This document shows positions 59,343-64,000 of a DNA stretch of 64,000 nucleotides, piece by piece. The stretch is from assembly GCA_010909165.1 (NCBI GenBank), contig VJWM01000235.1, forward strand, positions 186,001 to 250,000, written 5' to 3'. Below the pieces are notes generated by a model that saw only the letters and a program-made list of their open reading frames with translations, was not told the DNA's origin and ran no database searches. The DNA comes from Anthoceros angustus. Its lineage: Eukaryota; Plantae; Anthocerotophyta. Made by a program: the position numbers and the translations under genes. The stretch's first letter is position 1; each line of letters begins with the position of its first letter.

Positions 59343-62300
59343 AGATAGATTTCCTAGACTACATCGCATAATAAATGCAAGTTGCCTGACATAGCCAGGT
59401 CATTTCAAGCAAAGCTGATGTTTAGAGATACATTTTAAAGTCCAGAATCCCATGGAAGGATTTTCAGAAGTTCAGACTATAGGTCTCCTATTCCATAAGC
59501 AGCCCCCATGTGTGAGAGATCCAACATATGCCTAGCCCTCCTTGGGATCAGTATATCACATTTGTAGCATGCACATAGATGATTATGTAAAGGCATGCAG
59601 TGTGTCTGGCGATTTTCCCCGTCAGCCACTTGGTATGTAGTTAGACATCCTATATCGAATCAACCAGGAAGCAAACCAGTCTGTCTAAAAACACTCATCC
59701 ATCTTTCAGCGTGCTAGCAACCAGGACCTTTAGGTAAATAGGAACATTAGCTCTTCGTGAGAAAGAAAAATCATGCATGTCACCATTAATTTCGTCATGG
59801 CTTCCGAAGTAGCAAAACAGACCAATTCACCATCTGTGGCCCATGGATGATATGTCACCTTGGCAAGTTATTAAAGAGCTTACCAGCATGGATCCTTGTA
59901 GCAAGGAAGTAGCATGCACCCATTGCCTGCCTCGTTTTCTCTCCAAACCGCTCACCAATCTCAACACCACAAACCCACATGCATCCTTGCAGCAAGCAAA
60001 CAATGTGCATCACTGCTTGCATTGTTTTCTCTCCAAGCCGTTCATCAGTCTCAATCACCATACACCCACACACATCCTTGCAGTAATAAGCACACAGCGT
60101 GCATCCACAGCCTACATCGCTTTCTCTCCAGGCCGCTCATCAGTCTCAACCATCATACACCTACATGCATTCTTGCAGCAAGCAAACAACGTGCATCCAC
60201 TTGACAAGCATCGTTTTTTCTCCAAGTCGCTTACTAGTCTCAGCCGCCACAAACTCACATACGGATATCCTTGCAACAAACAAACAGCGTGCGTCCACTG
60301 CTTGCATCGCAGTCTCTACCATCACACACCCACATGCATCCTTGCAACCAATAAACAGCGTGCACCCACTGCCTGCATCGTTTTCTCTCCAAGTCGCTCA
60401 CCAATCTCAGCCACCACAAACTTCCTTGCAGCAAACAGCGTGCATCCACTACCTGTTTTATTTCGTCTTCAAATTGCTCACTAGTCTCAACCACTACAAA
60501 CCCACATGCATTCTTGCAGTAAGCAAACAACGTTGCGTCTACTACCTGCATCGTTTTCTCTCCAAGCCGCATGCCCCTAGTCTCTTTATTTTTCACATGG
60601 TGGTTGCCCAAAGTCGATCCTCAGTCTGGAGGCGTCAAACCTCCCACACATCAGGTTCGCGATTGCAGCCAGAGTGGTTCAAGCACACAATAGCCTTTCC
60701 ATTCTGCATCGACCCCAAGCTTCTGTTCCCATCGCAGCTACTACCAACAGCCTTTCCATCCCGCACCGACTCCCAGCATCTAGCCTCATCAAAGCTACCA
60801 GGCGAATTCAGTCATGATAGCCAGCAGACGCCACAAACACACAATCAAATGCGAGTCCCACCAAGTCGCGAACCAGTAGAAATCCAGCCCCATGCCAAGT
60901 ATCATTGATGTATCATACAGCCTGCAGCGATTCCAAGGCGATCGGTAGAAACCGTCTATAGTGCCACCAGCATTTCTATTAGGGGGCACTCCTCTGCATT
61001 TGTCCCAGTGAGATCAGCAGCCAGATCTCATACTGATCAGTACGGTAGTCTGTTAGCCAGGCACGTCATGGCCACAAACCACATGCTCCATGACCGAGAT
61101 TGCTCAGCAGTCGAGTTCTAGGTCTCCAGTCTCTAAAACACCTAGTAGCTCACAGTTTTGAGGCACAGAATCGGGGGCATACCATGCACATCCAACTTCA
61201 CTCTAGAGTGATACAAGAAACGCTGTAACCACGATGAGGCATCACACCAAATTCTTCAGCCCAATACGACACGCAGTTGTAAGTGTATCAATTGACATAT
61301 CCATCATTTGCAAGGTATCTGTTAAAAAGACAGCCACATAGAAGCCATTCTTCGAGAGAAAGGAAAAGAGTGCCAAGCAATGCGTTAATGACATTCAACA
61401 AGTAATGTTTCAAAGGGAGAGTCATAGATAAGGTACGGAATCAGCCGTTGAGTCAGCCTTTGTAGCTATGTATGTACTTCTAAAAACTCCACACCTAGGG
61501 TTTAGAAGACTAGACCATGGATGACTAGTTCTAGGTCTAGCTTCGTGGATGCACCAAGATGGTGTTGGTCAACAACCCCTCCCTCTTCCCTTCTTCAGCC
61601 ACCAAAAAAGGATCATCGGCCCCGTTTCTGGATCCTTGGTGAGAAGGGATCCATTGCACATCCACTAATCTAAGGCTGCATAGTGAAGTAGAAGAGAGGA
61701 GAAAAAGGTTCAACCTTAGTAACCATGGCCAGCTTGGGGAGGCAACGAGTCAAAGAGACCAAAGTTTGGAGGGAAGAAATTTCATTGGGTAGCAAACTCT
61801 ATCCAACCACTGGCTCACAAGTTATATAAAACTATTGGGTAGCCATTCCTACCAATGATAACCCACAAGGAACCAACCCATCCTTAAAAAACATGCACAT
61901 AGATCAGATCTTGAAGACAAAAAAACCTGCATAAATATTAAATAGCCTTGAATTAGTATTTATCTTAAAAAATCAAGAAAAATAACTATATTAGTAAGAA
62001 AAAATAAAATAAGTTACATTCACAAATTAGTATTACGTAAACATTGAAGGGATAGATTTACTTAGTTCTTCAATGGGATGTTTGGGATGGATAAACACCA
62101 TTCAGAAGCAACAATCTATGGGCACACAAGGGGCAAATCCATGGATCTCATAGGGAACATAACTCTCAGATAGATTTCCTAGACTACATCGCATAAATGC
62201 AAGCTGCCTGACCTAGCCAGGTCATTTCAAGCAAAGCTGTTGTTTAGAGATATATTTTAAAATCCAGAATCCCAGGGAAGGATTTTCCAAGTTCGACTAC

Positions 62301-62725
62301 CAGGTCTCCTAATCTGTAAGCAACCCCCATGTGTGAGAGATCCAAAGATCCTCACCCTCCTTGGTATGAGTATATCACATTTGTAGCGTACACGGATGAT
62401 TGTGTAAAGGCATGCAATGTGTCCGCACTTGTAATTGTAGTTAGACAACCTACATCGAATCAGCCAGGAAGTAAACCAAGATGTCTATAAGCACTCCCAT
62501 TTTTCAGCATGCTAGCAACCAGGATCAATGCAAATAGGAACATGCTCATGAGAGAGAAATCATGCATGTCACCATTAATTTCACGTGGTTATCAAAGTAG
62601 CGTAATGCAGCCACCATATGTGGCCCATGGTTGGTATGTCACCGTAAGTTATCAAAAACCTTTACCGCAAGCATCCTTGTATCAAGGAGTAGTGTGCATC
62701 TATAGCTGCCTGCTTTCTCCAAATG
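59343..62725 (+). repeat. Diverged direct repeats of about 570 bp (59343-59920 and 62171-62725) enclosing a 90-bp-scale tandem array (59914-60570)
   Basis: GATAGATTTCCTAGACTACATCGCATAA starts both copies. The array unit resembles GCATCCACTGCCTGCATCGTTTTCTCTCCAAG..CACATGCATCCTTGCAGCAAGCAAACAAC, about 7 units. Confidence 0.85.
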
Positions 62726-64000
62726 TGGAAGCATAAAAGTTTGGGCAATCGTTTATGAGTTGTTTTTGAACAGTCCGAATTCTTGATAGAAATGGTTTGG
62801 TGGAAACATGCGAGAAATGTTTTGTTCCGATTGAAGCCGGAGTCAGAGGATGTCTTGGAAGGCAGAGAGGATACTTAGGGAAAAGAAACGGATCAAATGA
62901 CCTTCTAGTGAGGAGGTAGGAGACATATGTGAACGGTAGGAGATGTCCTACTGCAGTAGGAGGTATCCTACCACCGAGGAGAAACTCCTACCACGGTAGG
63001 CTAAGTGGAGAGAACTCACCACCGTAGGTATGGGTAGGAGAATGTCCCACCACCGTAGGTAAGGCCCAGCTAGCTGATGACCCACCAGGAGTAGCTCCTA
63101 CCAGAGGAAAAGGGTGAAGGCAATTAAGCCAAGGAAGTAGTTGAGGTTGCTGACAAGCGTTGATAGGCTTGCAGGCAAAGGCCCGATTATTGGGGCCACC
63201 ACCAAGTTTGAGGGGAAGGCAAAGTAATTTGCCACATGTGGAAGAAGTGAGACATGGGCAGTGCTCACGTTGTTGAGATTTTGCAGAAGGAGGACTGCTA
63301 GGTAGAGATGTGGCAAGGGTTGCCAGGAAGATGGGCCAAGTGCCCGTAATGGTGGAATTGTGTGATCCGCTAGGCTCTAGGTTGGGAGCTCAAGATGCAG
63401 AGAGGAGCAATGCAAGGATGGGGAGCGAGGAGCTCATGTTGAGGGTGAGCAGCCACAAGGGTTGCAAGAGGAGGCCATGGCGGTGCCGAGGCACATGGAA
63501 GTGCTCTCAATGGAGTCACGATGTGAGGATGGTGTTGAACTAGGAAAAGGCCATGGTAGAGCACTCACGGCAGCTGAATTTGTAGATGGGCTGCAAGATG
63601 GAGGTGTGGCCAAACCATAGAAGGCGTGTTGCGTGGCCGCAACATGGTGAAGGGATCACAACGGGTGTGCATCATGACGGAATTTGCGCAATGCAAGTCA
63701 AAGTGAAGGGAGGCCGTTGTGGTGGCCGCGAGGAGAAATGGGTAGCAAGGAGGGTTGATACGAGATGTTGTTGAGGTGTGAGGAGTTCACCGGGAATAAG
63801 TCATTTATTCTTGAGAGCACAAGCCAATTGGGTGTGTTGGACAATGAAGTATAAGAACTCCAAAGTTAAGCGTCCTAGGGGTGGATCAAGAGATGGGGTG
63901 CCTTTGTGTGAGGTTTCAACTTATTATATTTGCATTATAGTCACATGAGAGCCCACGAGGGTAGGTGTAGATAGTTGGCCCTACAAGAATGGAGGGGCCC

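Noticed and set aside
60099-60908. 269-aa His/Ser/Thr-rich ORF
   Set aside because: It is the translation of the 90-bp-scale tandem array and has no domain signal.
62920-63110. Short GTAGG/CCTAC inverted repeats resembling REP or RNA-gene hairpins
   Set aside because: The spacing is irregular and there is no tRNA or snoRNA signature; it is more likely internal repeat sequence of an unclassified retroelement.

Overview
Eukaryotic nuclear DNA from a seed-free land plant. A DYW:KP/GRP-type PPR gene points to a U-to-C-editing lineage (hornwort, fern or some lycophytes), and the nuclear rps4 copy would fit a hornwort; this taxon call is inference. The consensus is rich in small indels and carries several noisy 0.8-2 kb tandem duplications, so many frameshifts may be sequencing or assembly errors. 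Host genes: MFS transporter fragment, two tandem PLS-PPR genes, an intronless Ser/Thr kinase, ISU1/IscU and a nuclear-encoded mitochondrial-type RPS4. The rest is mostly nested TEs (Copia, Ty3/Gypsy, L1- and CRE-like LINE pieces, a possible CACTA end, tandem arrays). Two DNA-methyltransferase-bearing units stand out. (1) A Ty3/Gypsy element (about 35.5-43.7 kb, minus strand) with domain order Gag-protease-DNMT3-like C5 cytosine methyltransferase-RT-RNaseH-integrase-PHD finger. (2) A spliced ParB-like + beta-class N6A/N4C DNA methyltransferase fusion gene (about 7-12.5 kb) lying directly downstream of a DUF7869/Sola-like DDE transposase, with a diverged second copy of its C-terminus abutting the Gypsy LTR. 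All domain calls are by eye from motifs; no database search was run.
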